Part shown: positions 63,687 through 64,000 of the stretch, in pieces
Layout: each line of letters begins with the position of its first letter
Position numbering within the stretch: position 1 is the first letter of the stretch
Assembly (NCBI GenBank): GCA_965226875.1
Contig: OZ245439.1
Location: forward strand, 3,601,817 to 3,665,816
Direction: 5' to 3'
Source: Dehalococcoidia bacterium
GTDB taxonomy: Bacteria > Chloroflexota > Dehalococcoidia > Lucifugimonadales > UBA3495
DNA length: 64,000 nt
Notes under the pieces: generated by a model
What the model saw: only the letters and a program-made list of their open reading frames with translations
What the model was told of the DNA's origin: nothing
The model's database searches: none
Translations under genes and position numbers: made by a program

Positions 63687-64000
63687 CGAAGACCAGATTG
63701 ATGGCTACTCTCTGGATGCCCAACGAAGGGCTTTCGGGGAGTTTTGCCGTCAGAAAGGCTGGGAAGCTGTCGAGACTTACTGCGAGGAGGGACGCTCTGC
63801 TTGGGTCGAATCGATTGCAAAACGGCCTGCTTTCCGACAAATGCTGGAGGACGCGCACTCCAGGAGATTCGACGTGCTGGTATCCCACACCCTCGACAGG
63901 TTTTCGAGAAATCTCCGTGTAATGCTGGACGCCTTTCATACCTTCGCTCAAAGCGATGTTACCTACGTGTCTATAACCCAGGAGATAGACTACTCCAAGC
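63643..64000 (+). CDS. serine recombinase, N-terminal resolvase/invertase catalytic domain; runs off the right edge
   Basis: Own translation (no stop in the window): (MKTT)MRAAGYFRVSDEDQIDGYSLDAQRRAFGEFCRQKGWEAVETYCEEGRSAWVESIAKRPAFRQMLEDAHSRRFDVLVSHTLDRFSRNLRVMLDAF. Shows the YxRVS catalytic Ser context and the DRFSRN motif. The start is ATG 63643 or 63655, after AAGGAGG. Confidence 0.85.
   Translation, partial: MKTTMRAAGYFRVSDEDQIDGYSLDAQRRAFGEFCRQKGWEAVETYCEEGRSAWVESIAKRPAFRQMLEDAHSRRFDVLVSHTLDRFSRNLRVMLDAFHTFAQSDVTYVSITQEIDYSK

Overview
High-GC bacterial chromosome fragment. The short EF-Ts, the gene content and the repeat families suggest a Chloroflexota/Dehalococcoidia-like organism, but that is inference only. 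I found no rRNA genes and no CRISPR array.

The window has four zones:

(1) 1-20.25 kb is an ordinary housekeeping backbone. It carries uppS-frr-pyrH-tsf-rpsB, a penicillin-acylase-family gene, def, cca, secDF, an ADH, nfo, pgpA, two ABC-2 transporter pairs and a CMD-family gene.

(2) 20.3-38.3 kb is an IS-riddled region next to tRNA-Ser(CGA) and a P4-type integrase.
- It holds two near-identical 2378-bp IS21 copies in inverted orientation.
- It also holds a second, truncated IS21 relative, an IS701-family element and a serine-recombinase fragment.
- An imuB-dnaE2 mutagenesis cassette lies here, with a Cheo-type LexA-box-like site upstream.

(3) 38.4-46.0 kb is a small catabolic cluster followed by rel/spoT. 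The cluster has VOC, 3x RidA, 2x ABM, an HpaB-family monooxygenase and a cupin.

(4) 46.1-64.0 kb is mobile DNA dominated by a decaying integrative-conjugative-like element, my best candidate for something new.
- Transfer genes: VirB6-like, two VirB2-like pilins, a PrgI-domain fusion, VirB4, a coupling protein and a replication-relaxation protein.
- Regulation and integration: an ImmR/ImmA-like module divergent from Cro-like HTH genes, and a serine recombinase running off the right edge.
- Lesions: one IS5-family insertion, two different MITEs, two in-frame TAG codons and an IS21-end remnant.
- A pair of near-identical perfect palindromes sits upstream of the transfer operon and of the recombinase operon.

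Many long ORFs in the six-frame track are antisense or alternate-frame artefacts of the high GC content and were not called.
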